In this document: piece after piece, positions 38,301-48,192 of the stretch | Position numbering within the stretch: position 1 is the first letter of the stretch | Layout: every line of letters begins with the position of its first letter | Origin: a virus | Virus record (IMG/VR): IMGVR_UViG_3300008267_000023 | Location: 1 to 64,000 of that record | Strand: one strand, 5' to 3' | DNA: 64,000 nt | Notes under the pieces: generated by a model | The model's input: the letters and a program-made list of their open reading frames with translations, nothing else | Databases searched by the model: none | What the model was told of the DNA's origin: nothing | Position numbers and translations under genes: made by a program

Positions 38301-41300
38301 CAATCTTGACAAAAAACAATTTAATCAAGATGTAAAAAATCTTTATCCACAATTAGATAGGGATAATTTTGACACAAACCCAAAAGCAACAGTAAGTTAT
38401 GCCGACCTAGAAGTATTAGGAAAAATTATTACTAGTGATAAGAGAAACTCAATTACACGAGAAGCAGTAAATTTCTTTGCTAAAAATGCTAAAATTGGTT
38501 ATGGGTTGACAGCAGTTACTTTAAGTGGAGTTGGAAATACTACCATAACAGTTAATACTGATGTTCAGCATAACTTAAATTCAATTAAGAGTTTTACTTT
38601 TACTCCTGGATCTGGTTATCCAGCATCTCAGACATTATATTCTAAGCAACTTTTCCCAATTATTTCAAGTGGAGAAGGTGCTACAGTCAAGGTAACCACT
38701 GATCCATCTGGAAACATTTCCAATGTTGAACTATTAGATGCTGGATCTGCTTACAGTGTAAATGATACTCTAAGTATCCCAGGAGGAGGAACAGCAAGCG
38801 TAGTAACGGTTACTGGAATCAACAACAATAATAATACTGTTATTGAATTGAATGGATTCTCATCCGAAGACCTCAATAATGTATTTAAGATACAAACAAT
38901 TTCAGATGCAAAATCTTTTGTACTTGCTGCCCCAACTGGTATCAGTACATATGAACCAAACACAAATGGAGAATTGCCTTATGCACTTGTCTCTGGTGAA
39001 GCATATGGAATCACATCATCAGTTGTAAGTGACATAAGAACAGGAATTGTAACCTATACAACTTCTTCTGCTCACGGATTACTACCTGGAAATAAGGTTA
39101 GAATTGTACAAACAGGTTCTTCTATACTGAATGGTGAATTTGTTGTTCGTGAATCTGTAGGAATTAATACATTTACTATAGTTGCTTATGGTTTAACACA
39201 AACGGCATATTCATCAACTGGTAGTGCATTAAAGAGAACATTATCACCAAATGCTAGAAATATTGGAAGAGGTGAAGAAAATCTCGGTTCTCGTGCTTCT
39301 ACAATATACGATAAAATTACAGTATACACTGACCAAATTTTTGATGGAAGCAGCAATACAATTAGTTTTGCTGACCCAACACCAGTAAAGAGAGGAGATT
39401 ACTACACAATTAATTCTGAAATAATCAGAATTGCAAGTGCCTCAAATCCATTTACTGTTCTTAGAGGACAATTTGGTACGTTTAAGAATACTTCCCCAGT
39501 TGGATCTGCTGCAAGAAAAATAAAACTAATCCCAGCAGAGGTTAGAAGACCGTCATTCATGAGAGCTTCTGGTCATACATTTGAATACCTAGGTTTCGGT
39601 CCTGGTAACTATTCAACTGGTATGCCACAAAGACAGAACAGAATTCTGTCTGAGGATGAAGTACTAACATCTCAAGCAAAAGAACAAAGAGGTGGTTCAG
39701 TAGTTTATACTGGAATGAACGACCTTGGTGAATTTTTCTCTGGAAGTAAGAAATTAAGTTCTGCAACTGGAGAGGAAAGTGTAATTGAAGCACCAATCTT
39801 AACTTATACTGGTGACGACTCTCAAGGTGAGTCTGCAACAGTATCAAGTGGAATTTTCGATGAACTTCTTGTTCGACAAAGACTTACTGTTGAGGGTGGT
39901 GAAAATAATAACCAAGCGTCACAATTCTACGGTCCAGTAAACTTCACTCAGAAGGTAACTAACTTATCTGATTTTGGTATTGAGACAAAGAATTTATTAC
40001 TCAAAGGAACAGCAGCACAATCTAAGTTGATTACAGTTGGAATCTCAACTCCAACATCATTAACGATATCCGCACCACGTTCTGGTGATATTTCACTTCT
40101 TTCTAATCCTTCTAGTTATATTGGTCATGTAAGAGTCAATAATGAATGGAGACCTTTTGGTTTAATTAGTAGACAACCAGATACTCTAGATATCAGAACT
40201 GATAGATTACATGTCAATACAGTAGGGAATAGTTCATTTGATTTTGAAGTTCGTGGTGAATCAAAAGTACAAAATCTAATAGTTGATGGTCAAGTTGTTT
40301 TTACCCAACCACAAAGTTTGGGTAATGTGACATTCCAGAATGCAACTATTCAAAGAACAGCAATATTCACTGGATTGGGATTAGATCCAATTACTGGACT
40401 AACCTCCTCATATACACAAGTCCACTTAGCAGGAATTTCACTTCTAAATGACTTAGAAGTTACTGGAATATCCACATTTGCTGGAAGAGTAGATTTTAAT
40501 TCTAATATTTTTGGTGTTGGTGCAAAGTTTGGAAATATTCGTATTGGTGTTCGTGATGATAATACCATTGATACTGTTATTGGTGATTTAACAATTGATA
40601 GTGATTCTGGTACAACTAAAATTATCGATAATTTAGTTGTTAATGGCACATCTATTGAATTAAATACTGGAAGTGAAGTATCAATTGGTGGTACTATAAC
40701 ATCAAGACTGAATAATTCAAGAACATTTGATATTGGTATTGGAAATACGGATGGTGTTACTTCTATTTCACTACATGGTGATGATAGACTGTATGCAAAT
40801 GGTGGTTTAATTGCTAGAAAAAATGCAGATCAAAGTTCTGAAATCATTCATAGAGGTGTATCTAAACTATCAATTAATGCATTAGATAGTGGTAGTGAAG
40901 TTTCTATTTTAACAGGAAATACAGAAAGAGTTCTTGTTGGCACCTCTGGAACAGTAACAATTTTCCAAAATAATTCTGGAACTGAACTAAAAGGAAATCA
41001 TCTTAAGTTGACTCAAGATGGTACTGGGGATGTTGCTTTATCTTGGGATATTACAAACAATAATGCAAACCGTCGTTGGTATGCTGGTATTGATGTAAGT
41101 GATAATTATTCTTGGAAACTTGCAAATCCTGAAGCAACTCTTGCATATGGTTCAGAGAGTTTTGATAATCCATCAGAAACCAAATTAAAGATTTCTGGAA
41201 ATGGTGATGCCATCATTGCAGGAACATTAACACTTGGAGGCAATTCACTTTCAACATTAAGTCAAACCTTTAGTTTGTTGAATAATAATGCAGTAATTGT

Positions 41301-43032
41301 AAATGCGTTCCAAGCAGCAACAACATTAAGTATGGGAAGCAATGCTTCAAATGCTACTGTAACTGTAAGAGGAACAACTCAATCTAATAGCACAGGAACT
41401 GGTGCTCTTGTTGTTGGTGGTGGTGTTGGTATTGCAGGAAATCTTTATGTTGGTGGTTACCACGGAAACACTACTATCCAAGGAACATTAAGTGCTACTG
41501 GTGACACAACTCTTGGTGGTAAATTATCATTAGCAAGTCATGCAACTTTTGGTGGAAACTTAAGAGTAGCAGGAATTGCAACAATCACTCAGAACTTATT
41601 AGTTGGTGGGGACTTTGATTTAACTGGTAATGCTGATTTGGATGGTGACATCTTTGCACGTTCATTTATTAAGAAAAATCCAGGAAGACCAACCAATTTC
41701 CTAAGAGCAAATGGAACTGATAGTATTTTAACTGGTCAAGATTTTATTGACTCTCTTGGATTTATCCCTGGTGCTCCAATTACAGTATCAACATATCCAG
41801 TAGGAAATTCAATCTTACTTGATGATATTTCTGGTGCTTTTGATGGAACAACTCTTGTATTTAATTTGACTAGGGATGGTGGTACACCATTTACTCCAGT
41901 TGGACCAATTAACTTGATTGTTTCTGTTGGTGGTGTAATTCAAAAAGGAAATACTGATTACTTAGTTCCAACAGATGGATCTGGTGCATTCTTACCACAA
42001 ATTAGATTTACTACTGCACCAACTGCAGGACTAAGTTGCTTCATTATTGCTTTGGGTGGACAAGGAGCATTACTTTCTGACCCAGCATGGGATAGAAAAG
42101 GACAAATTCCTGTTGGTGTTCGTGATAATGCTGCTGTTATGCAGGAAGTTGGTGCAGATGGAACAGTATTTACTGCTGATTCTTCATCGCAGACAGGAGT
42201 GGCATGGAAGTCAATTCCTCCAGGTGTTCCTACTGGTTCGGTGTTCTATTTTGCAACTGCATCTGCTCCATCTGGATATCTTGTTTGCGATGGTTCAATT
42301 GTTCCTAATGGAAATGGTACAGTACAAGGTATAACTGCAAACTTTGCTCCACTGTATGCAATGCTGGGAACAACATACGGTGGAGCAGGAAAAATTCCAG
42401 ATTTAAGAAATTATTTTGCTGCTGGATCTGGTAGTTCTTATCCAATTGGTTCCACTGGTGGTTCAAATACTGTCACATTAACAACTGCACAACTACCTGG
42501 TCACACTCACAGTGGAACGACTGCTGCTGATGGTGCTCACTCCCATAGTGGTTCAAGTAGCAGTGCAGGAGATCACTCCCATAGTGGTTCAAGTAGCAGT
42601 GCAGGAGATCACTCCCATAGTGGTTCAAGTAGTGCAGCAGGTGACCACTCTCACAGTGGTTCTACTAGTTCTGCAGGATCTCACAGCCACAACTATCGAA
42701 GAACAGAGACAAATAATACACCTAAACAACCAGGTGGAGGTCCGCAAGCAAACTCAGGTGCTAATGGTGATAGTACTGGTAATGCAGGTGAACACTCTCA
42801 TGGAATGTCATTGAATCCAGCAGGTAATCATTCCCATAGTATGTCTTTAAATCCAGGAGGAAGTCACTCTCACAATATGTCTTTAAATCCTGGTGGAACT
42901 CACTCCCACTCAATGAATATTGATAGTGCTCCAAGTCACACACACAGTTTTACTACAAGTTCTACTGGTGCTGATGGTGCTCATGAAAACAGACCTCCAT
43001 ATGTTGCTCTGCTACCTGTTATTAAATACTAA
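35317..43032 (+). CDS. Giant tail fibre/structural protein (2571 aa) with collar domain and HxH needle tip
   Basis: MPLSRLENFL start, PFKTIQRALIEA, collar (PSGYLVCDGS..PDLR), HSH repeats, ENRPPY end. Confidence 0.85.
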   Translation: MPLSRLENFLKNAEGNILYVNPSDFDATDSFENQGNSLSRPFKTIQRALIEAARFSYQQGKNNDRIDRTTILVYPGTHYIDNRPGYSIEEINGNAVYKKRTGPSTWEETTLDQFGLTTNYDILDPGNDLYKYNSVLGGVILPRGTSIIGLDLRKTKIRPLFVPNPKDDNVDNTSIFNVTGTCYFTAFSIFDADPTKTVFLDYSQAKVVPNFSHHKLVSFAYADGVNKVKLGNYQTYITDLDMYYYKVAKAYGDITGRGLVDFPVGKDFEPSVDEFRIVGSLDPNPLGISSIRAGNGDGTGNLNVITVTTSNKQSGETTPHNLFVDSPFLINGVTIDSESYNGSFTVKEVVGINTFTFTTNSAPTEYLPNLNDIDTASLTIGSDTVSSASPYIFNCSLRSVYGMCGLHADGNRATGFKSIVVAQYTGVALQKDNNAFILYDNGIFYDENTLPANSLEKPLHTNSRAIFKPSYENYHIRASNNAFIQAVSVFAIGFSRHFLTESGADMSITNSNSNFGNTSLESIGFKPESFDRDDTGYITHVIPPREVVVEENEVTWLSLDAVKIINSVSSDRLYIYGANNSEIVPAFQVDGYRIGARDDDKLYLTITIGTAQTTYSSPILMPVSGGTGLTSKKEYKVTRVNGQNNIVNNILSFTTNHQLINGEKIRIFSDTGQTPDGIENEGIYYAITTGVGANQIKLAQSLNDAIANVPILGLSNTGGVLKVVSRVSDKLPGEIAHPIQFDSTETNWYVTGSTLVDQNQIYNAIVGIGTSVIGTETSSTFIKRRLDNRSIDDKIYKLRYVIPKEYENAKQPEAGYVIQESKTVGVSSLSYTNDTLLSAKDLRNEKVISNASAGSIINNNQIITITSELPHGLSAGDSVKIQKVRSINNSDAAGIVSTYNGVYTVDSVLNSKQFQYTISGVSTNPGTFSNDINSRNTRQQREALPVFSRDSYKNTFFIYRVSQVKRHIPGADGQDGIYHLICLSSNVAPSSNVGFNLDKKQFNQDVKNLYPQLDRDNFDTNPKATVSYADLEVLGKIITSDKRNSITREAVNFFAKNAKIGYGLTAVTLSGVGNTTITVNTDVQHNLNSIKSFTFTPGSGYPASQTLYSKQLFPIISSGEGATVKVTTDPSGNISNVELLDAGSAYSVNDTLSIPGGGTASVVTVTGINNNNNTVIELNGFSSEDLNNVFKIQTISDAKSFVLAAPTGISTYEPNTNGELPYALVSGEAYGITSSVVSDIRTGIVTYTTSSAHGLLPGNKVRIVQTGSSILNGEFVVRESVGINTFTIVAYGLTQTAYSSTGSALKRTLSPNARNIGRGEENLGSRASTIYDKITVYTDQIFDGSSNTISFADPTPVKRGDYYTINSEIIRIASASNPFTVLRGQFGTFKNTSPVGSAARKIKLIPAEVRRPSFMRASGHTFEYLGFGPGNYSTGMPQRQNRILSEDEVLTSQAKEQRGGSVVYTGMNDLGEFFSGSKKLSSATGEESVIEAPILTYTGDDSQGESATVSSGIFDELLVRQRLTVEGGENNNQASQFYGPVNFTQKVTNLSDFGIETKNLLLKGTAAQSKLITVGISTPTSLTISAPRSGDISLLSNPSSYIGHVRVNNEWRPFGLISRQPDTLDIRTDRLHVNTVGNSSFDFEVRGESKVQNLIVDGQVVFTQPQSLGNVTFQNATIQRTAIFTGLGLDPITGLTSSYTQVHLAGISLLNDLEVTGISTFAGRVDFNSNIFGVGAKFGNIRIGVRDDNTIDTVIGDLTIDSDSGTTKIIDNLVVNGTSIELNTGSEVSIGGTITSRLNNSRTFDIGIGNTDGVTSISLHGDDRLYANGGLIARKNADQSSEIIHRGVSKLSINALDSGSEVSILTGNTERVLVGTSGTVTIFQNNSGTELKGNHLKLTQDGTGDVALSWDITNNNANRRWYAGIDVSDNYSWKLANPEATLAYGSESFDNPSETKLKISGNGDAIIAGTLTLGGNSLSTLSQTFSLLNNNAVIVNAFQAATTLSMGSNASNATVTVRGTTQSNSTGTGALVVGGGVGIAGNLYVGGYHGNTTIQGTLSATGDTTLGGKLSLASHATFGGNLRVAGIATITQNLLVGGDFDLTGNADLDGDIFARSFIKKNPGRPTNFLRANGTDSILTGQDFIDSLGFIPGAPITVSTYPVGNSILLDDISGAFDGTTLVFNLTRDGGTPFTPVGPINLIVSVGGVIQKGNTDYLVPTDGSGAFLPQIRFTTAPTAGLSCFIIALGGQGALLSDPAWDRKGQIPVGVRDNAAVMQEVGADGTVFTADSSSQTGVAWKSIPPGVPTGSVFYFATASAPSGYLVCDGSIVPNGNGTVQGITANFAPLYAMLGTTYGGAGKIPDLRNYFAAGSGSSYPIGSTGGSNTVTLTTAQLPGHTHSGTTAADGAHSHSGSSSSAGDHSHSGSSSSAGDHSHSGSSSAAGDHSHSGSTSSAGSHSHNYRRTETNNTPKQPGGGPQANSGANGDSTGNAGEHSHGMSLNPAGNHSHSMSLNPGGSHSHNMSLNPGGTHSHSMNIDSAPSHTHSFTTSSTGADGAHENRPPYVALLPVIKY
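42538..42632 (+). repeat. 36-nt coding tandem repeat (HSHSGSSSSAGD)
   Basis: CACTCCCATAGTGGTTCAAGTAGCAGTGCAGGAGAT: two exact copies plus a partial third. Confidence 0.9.
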
Positions 43033-43064
43033 ATTCAAAATAAATATTTAAAAAGGATTATAAA

Positions 43065-43865
43065 ATGGCAAGAACAGAAGTCGAAATTATTAGAGATGGA
43101 AAAATCGTTTCTCAAGATTTTTCTTCTGGTTGTATATTGACAGATGCGATTGGAAATCTTCAGGTAACTACTGCTAAACTTGCTGACCGTTCTGTAACAG
43201 CACAAAAATTAGATGCTTCAATCAATTTTTTCCCCAGTGGGGGAATTGTGATGTGGAATGGAACAACATTAAATATCCCTTCTGGATGGGCATTATGTGA
43301 TGGAACAAATGGAACTCCAGATTTAAGAGATAGATTTATTGTAGGTGCTGGAAGAAATTATAGTGTAAATGCTATTGGTGGAGCAGACTCTGTATCATTG
43401 ACAGAATCCCAAATGCCAACTCACAGTCACTCAATGAGTAGTGCTGGGGATCATGGACACTCTGGTTCAACAAGTGGTGATGGTTCACACTCACATAGTG
43501 GAAGTACTGGTGGACAAAGTGCAAATCACACCCATGGTGGAGTAACAGATGTTAATGGATTTCACCAACATGGTTATGTATTAACTTTACCACAAAGAGG
43601 AACTAGTGGAGGTGGTGCTAGAGATGGAGCAAACCCACAAGGTGGAGCAACAGATGGAAACGGAAATCATCAACATACGTTCAATACTTATGGTGTAAGT
43701 AATGACCACTCCCATTCATTCAGTGTTAGTGGTGGTGGACACTCTCATAGTGTGTCTATTAATGGTGTTGGTGGACATACACATTCAATAACTAGTGCTG
43801 GAAGTGGTGGATCTCATGAAAATAGACCACCATATTATGCTCTTTGCTTCATTATGAAAACCTGA
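43065..43865 (+). CDS. Short tail fibre with collar domain and HxH repeats
   Basis: IPSGWALCDGTNGTPDLRDRFIVGAG, HxH repeats, ENRPPYYALCFIMK. Confidence 0.85.
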   Translation: MARTEVEIIRDGKIVSQDFSSGCILTDAIGNLQVTTAKLADRSVTAQKLDASINFFPSGGIVMWNGTTLNIPSGWALCDGTNGTPDLRDRFIVGAGRNYSVNAIGGADSVSLTESQMPTHSHSMSSAGDHGHSGSTSGDGSHSHSGSTGGQSANHTHGGVTDVNGFHQHGYVLTLPQRGTSGGGARDGANPQGGATDGNGNHQHTFNTYGVSNDHSHSFSVSGGGHSHSVSINGVGGHTHSITSAGSGGSHENRPPYYALCFIMKT

Positions 43866-43901
43866 TAAATATTTTTGTAGTTATTTTAAATTAATAAACT
43901 C

Positions 43902-44078
43902 ATGGATGCGAAAACAATGAATGAGACTCTTCTTGCAAAAGCAGAAGAACTTAGAAATGAACTTATTCAACTAGAACAAGATTTTAATTCAAAGAAAGAG
44001 CAATATTTAAAAATTCAAGGAGCATTAGAAGCTCTTTATGAACTAGATAAAGATTCATCTTCAAACGCAACAGAGTGA
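43902..44078 (+). CDS. Small coiled-coil protein (58 aa)
   Basis: Read manually; KIQGALEAL. Confidence 0.65.
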   Translation: MDAKTMNETLLAKAEELRNELIQLEQDFNSKKEQYLKIQGALEALYELDKDSSSNATE

Positions 44079-44110
44079 TTTTAATCAAAAATCCACTAGT
44101 AAGTCAATAG

Positions 44111-44156
44111 TTGACAACCTCAAGATTCAGTGTTATGCTGTATAAGTCTTGAGGTT
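44111..44156 (+). promoter_or_regulatory. sigma70-like promoter overlapped by a stem-loop
   Basis: TTGACA-17-TATGCT; AACCTCAAGA/TCTTGAGGTT inverted repeat. Confidence 0.6.
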
Positions 44157-44196
44157 TCTTTGTAACTTTGAGAAAACAAGACCCGTCTATGGTGGT

Positions 44197-44253
44197 GGAC
44201 GGTTTACGCAGTGTCAAGGGGGGAGTGGTGTCCCCCCTTTTTTCTGCTATGAT
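44197..44253 (+). promoter_or_regulatory. Palindrome plus extended -10 promoter
   Basis: GGACGGT-N6-AGTGTCA, 31 nt, TATGAT preceded by TG. Confidence 0.6.
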
Positions 44254-44277
44254 GAATGGAGTTCAAAAGCACACCAG

Positions 44278-46461
44278 ATGTCCGTCAACCTAGAAGTTAA
44301 AGGTTCTCTTGCCAAATGTCTGGCAACTGAGAATCTAATTATTGAACACAAAAAAGTTCCGACTGCAATGTTTGACGTAGACCGTCGTGTGCTGACTCTT
44401 CCCACTTGGGATAAAGCATCTGCGACTGTCTATGACCTTCTGGTGGGTCACGAAGTCGGACACGCACTGTTTACCGATAATATTGACTGGACGAAAGATT
44501 ATCCAGAAGTTCCTAGGGATTTTGTAAACGTTCTTGAGGATGTTCGTGTGGAACGTCTGATGAAGAAAAAGTATCCTGGTCTTTCTCGTACTTTCTATAA
44601 TGGTTATAATGAACTGAACTCTGATGACTTCTTCTCAACTAAAGAAGAGAACCTGGATGAACTGACTTTCATTGACCGAATCAATCTTTACTTCAAGATT
44701 GGTGCTTTTCATAACATTTGTTTCAATGATGCTGAGGATGAGTTTCTGACTCGTGCTTCTCGGACTGAAACTTTTGATGAAGTGCTGAAACTTGCTCGTG
44801 AAATCGTTGAGTTTGTGAAGTATAAAAAGCAAGAGGTTCAGGCAATGCCTACTCCTGGTGAAGGTGATTCTTCTCAGGGTGCTGGTGAGTCGGTGGATTC
44901 TCCTGCCAATTCTTCTCAAGGAGGAGAAGGTGAAAACGGTCAGAACAAATCTGAACTAGAGCAAGATTCTCAGGGTCAGTCTCAAACTGAAGGTGAATCC
45001 TTCGGTGATGATATGAATAAGTCTATGGAAGCACCTAATGGTGGTGGTTTCGGTCAGGAAGCAAGTAATCAGCACGGTGAAACCAATAAAGATGAACTGA
45101 CTTCCAAGACTTCCCGTTCTTTTGATGAAAAGTCTCAAGACCTTGTGGATAAGTATGCTCAAGAAACTCATTATGTGGAACTTCCCAAAATGAATCTTGA
45201 TACGATGATTATTCCGAATGAGTTTATTCATCGTAAGGCAACTGAGTTTTATACCACTCGTGGTTCTTATTACAAAGAGACTTTTGATTTCACTTGTAAG
45301 GAATATAATACCTACAAGAAGTCTGCTGAAAAGGAAGTTTCTTATCTGGTAAAAGAGTTTGAGTGTAAGAAGTCTGCAGACCAATATGCTCGGTCTAGCA
45401 CTGCCCGCACGGGTGTTCTTGACACTTCTAAACTCCACACCTATAAGTTCAACGAAGACCTGTTTAAGAAGGTCTCTGTGGTTCCTGACGGTAAGAATCA
45501 CGGTCTCATCTTCATTCTTGACTGGTCTGGTTCGATGAGTGAATTCATCCTGGATGCTTATAAGCAACTGTTGAATCTCATTTGGTTCTGCCGTAAGGTG
45601 AATATTCCTTTCGAGGTGTATGCTTTCACTCTGGATTGTCATTCTTATATGGAACTGCAACCAAATCATCCTCCTGTGTATGAAAAGGTTGCTGGTGTTC
45701 TTGCCCCTGAAAACTCTTTCCGTCTGATGAATTTCTTCACCAGTAAAGTGAACAACCGAGTTCTTGATGAACAACTCAAGAATATCTGGTCTGTTTGCTA
45801 TGCATATCAGAAACGTGCTGGTGTTGTTCCTCCTCACCTGGACCTTTCTGGTTCTCCTATTGGTGAAAGTATTATGGCACTTCACTCTGTGATTCCTGAT
45901 TTTCAAGCAAAGAATAAACTTCAGAAGGTGAATGTTATCTTCCTGACTGATGGTGAGGGTTATCAGAATTCTGTGACGATTGCTCGTAAGGGTCGTTATC
46001 CCGATTCTCCCGAATATATTGGCAATACAAAGCATTCTCGCACTGCTATTCGTGATAGGAAGACTGGTCGGGTGTATCCTGCTCTGGATTATGATAACTT
46101 CCCTCGTTATGCCAAAATTCTTTTGCAGACTGTGAAAGATAGGTTCCCAACTGTGAATCTGATTAACTTCCGTATCACTCCTGGTCGTGATTTTTCAACT
46201 TGCTATCGTTGGTATGGAAGTGGGCAAGAGAACTACGAGAAAGTAAAGTCTGATTATCGCAAGAATAGTTGTGTTCAATTCCAAGACACTGGTTTTGATC
46301 AATTTAATGTGATTGCTTCATCTTCCCTTTCCCAAGATGAAGACTTTGTTGTTCCCGAGAATGCAACGAAAGCACAAATTAAAACTGCTTTCACTAAAGT
46401 TCTGGGCAAGAAAAAGACTAACAAGAAAATTCTTGGTTCTTTTATCAGTCTTGTTGCCTGA
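44278..46461 (+). CDS. Metallopeptidase-motif + vWA domain protein (CobT-like partner of MoxR ATPase)
   Basis: HEVGH, LEDVRVE, DWSGSM MIDAS, LTDGE. Confidence 0.88.
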   Translation: MSVNLEVKGSLAKCLATENLIIEHKKVPTAMFDVDRRVLTLPTWDKASATVYDLLVGHEVGHALFTDNIDWTKDYPEVPRDFVNVLEDVRVERLMKKKYPGLSRTFYNGYNELNSDDFFSTKEENLDELTFIDRINLYFKIGAFHNICFNDAEDEFLTRASRTETFDEVLKLAREIVEFVKYKKQEVQAMPTPGEGDSSQGAGESVDSPANSSQGGEGENGQNKSELEQDSQGQSQTEGESFGDDMNKSMEAPNGGGFGQEASNQHGETNKDELTSKTSRSFDEKSQDLVDKYAQETHYVELPKMNLDTMIIPNEFIHRKATEFYTTRGSYYKETFDFTCKEYNTYKKSAEKEVSYLVKEFECKKSADQYARSSTARTGVLDTSKLHTYKFNEDLFKKVSVVPDGKNHGLIFILDWSGSMSEFILDAYKQLLNLIWFCRKVNIPFEVYAFTLDCHSYMELQPNHPPVYEKVAGVLAPENSFRLMNFFTSKVNNRVLDEQLKNIWSVCYAYQKRAGVVPPHLDLSGSPIGESIMALHSVIPDFQAKNKLQKVNVIFLTDGEGYQNSVTIARKGRYPDSPEYIGNTKHSRTAIRDRKTGRVYPALDYDNFPRYAKILLQTVKDRFPTVNLINFRITPGRDFSTCYRWYGSGQENYEKVKSDYRKNSCVQFQDTGFDQFNVIASSSLSQDEDFVVPENATKAQIKTAFTKVLGKKKTNKKILGSFISLVA

Positions 46462-46509
46462 CCACCTGGGGGACTGTCCATTGGGCACCCCCCTATACCT
46501 TTTATTTCT

Positions 46510-47619
46510 ATGAATTATTATACTTATGCTTACTTGAGAGAAAATGGAACCCCTTACTATATTGGTAAGGGGAGTGGTGATAGGTGTTTTATTAAGGGAA
46601 AGAATGAAAGAATTAATCCCCCAAAAGATAAGTCCAGAATAATATTACTTAAACAAAATTTAACTGAAGATGAAGCATTTAAACACGAAATTTATATGAT
46701 TTCTATTCTTGGTAGAAAGGATTTGGGAACTGGTATTCTTCGCAATCTTACTAATGGTGGTGATGGTGTAAGTGGGTATGTTCCTAGTGAAAGTGTTAGG
46801 AAAGCAAGAAGAAGACACGGAAAAGTAATTGGAAACCAGAACGCACAATTGAAAAGGGGAGTTTGTTCTCTTACGAAAGAACAAAGAGTAAAAAATGGAA
46901 ATTATGTAAAAGAAAACGGACTTGGAATATTTTCACAAACCCCAGAACAAAAAAGAGAAAATGGTAAAAAAGCAGGACAAAAAGCAAAAGAACTTGGACT
47001 TGGGGTATGTGGATTTGGATTTGAGGAAAGAAGTGCTGCTGGAAAAATAGGTGGTGCTAAAAATAGAGATAATAAAACTGGGATTTGTGGATTATCTTAT
47101 GAAGAAAGGAGTGCTTGGGGGGATAAATGCAAAGAAGAAGGTATTGGAATATTCTCACCAGAATACTTAAAAGTTCGCAGTCAAATTTTAAGTGAAAGAA
47201 ATTCTGGTGAAAATAATCCTATGTATGGTAAAAAACATTCACCAGAAACAATTGAAAAAATTAGAAAAAAAGCACTAGAGAGAAAACCTAAAAAAATATA
47301 CAAATTGAAAAATCCAAAGGGAGAAATAATTACTTTTGAAAATTTTGCAGAATTTTGCCATAAAAATAATTTAAATTCTGGGGGAGTTGCTAATGTTTTG
47401 CGGGGAAAATATATACAACACAAGGGATGGACTTTACCAGAAACAATTTTAGAGAAAAAAATTTACACGATTAAAAGTCCAGAGGGAGTAATTTATACTT
47501 TTGATAATATAAAAGAATTTTCAAAAGAGCATAATATTAAATGTGGTCTTGATGCAGTTTTGCGTGGTGTAAGAAAATCTTGTTATGGGTGGACAAAACC
47601 ACCAGACGGGATATTATAA
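46510..47619 (+). mobile_element. Free-standing GIY-YIG homing endonuclease with NUMOD3-like motif
   Basis: YTYAY..YYIGKG..R, NLTNGGDG, NPMYGKKHSPETIEKI. Confidence 0.88.
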
Positions 47620-47621
47620 AA

Positions 47622-47656
47622 ACAGACGTTATCATATAAATAGTGATAACGTCTGT
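47622..47656 (+). promoter_or_regulatory. Late promoter TATAAATA in the loop of a perfect 13-bp hairpin
   Basis: ACAGACGTTATCA-TATAAATAG-TGATAACGTCTGT. Confidence 0.8.
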
Positions 47657-47665
47657 AATACTAAA

Positions 47666-48112
47666 ATGGAAAAGGAAGAAAAGAACTTTAAAGAAAGGGA
47701 AAGGTATAGAAATAAAATAAAAGATGAGATATTTAAAGAAAACAAAAGAAAAAAAGATTTAGATTATTATCATAAAAATAAAGAAACAAGGGTTGCTAAA
47801 CAAATAGAAAGGAGAAAGGAACTTTTATCTGAAGCAAAATCATTTTTAGGTGGGAAGTGTGTTTGGTGCGGAACAACCGAAAATCTTGAATTTGACCATA
47901 TTGATGACTCCAAAAAAGAACATAATGTGGGAAATGCAGTAAGAAATACCAGAGAAGTGTTTTGGAATGAAGTAGGTAAGTGTCAGTTATTGTGTGTAAA
48001 TTGCCACAATAAAAGAACGACTGCACAAAAAAGAGCAAAACAAAAATTATGGTTATCATTACCACTTGAAGAACGAGAAAGATTATTGTCCAATGAACTC
48101 CAGGACACCTGA
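47666..48112 (+). mobile_element. HNH homing endonuclease
   Basis: CVWCG..LEFDHID, KCQLLCVNCHNKRT. Confidence 0.85.
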
Positions 48113-48159
48113 AGGACTGTCCCATAGGGGCAGACGGGGGACCAAAAATGCCCTATAAT
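48103..48159 (+). promoter_or_regulatory. Palindrome plus TATAAT promoter
   Basis: GGACACC-N6-ACTGTCC, 31 nt, TATAAT (48154). Confidence 0.65.
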
Positions 48160-48192
48160 GTAAGGGTAGTCAAGACAGACCAACAAATCATT

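Noticed and set aside
42538-42632. CRISPR-like or DGR repeat
   Set aside because: In-frame coding tandem repeat without spacers; no reverse transcriptase in the window.
44956-46035. 359-aa antisense ORF
   Set aside because: Shadow of the codon-biased vWA gene; no motifs.
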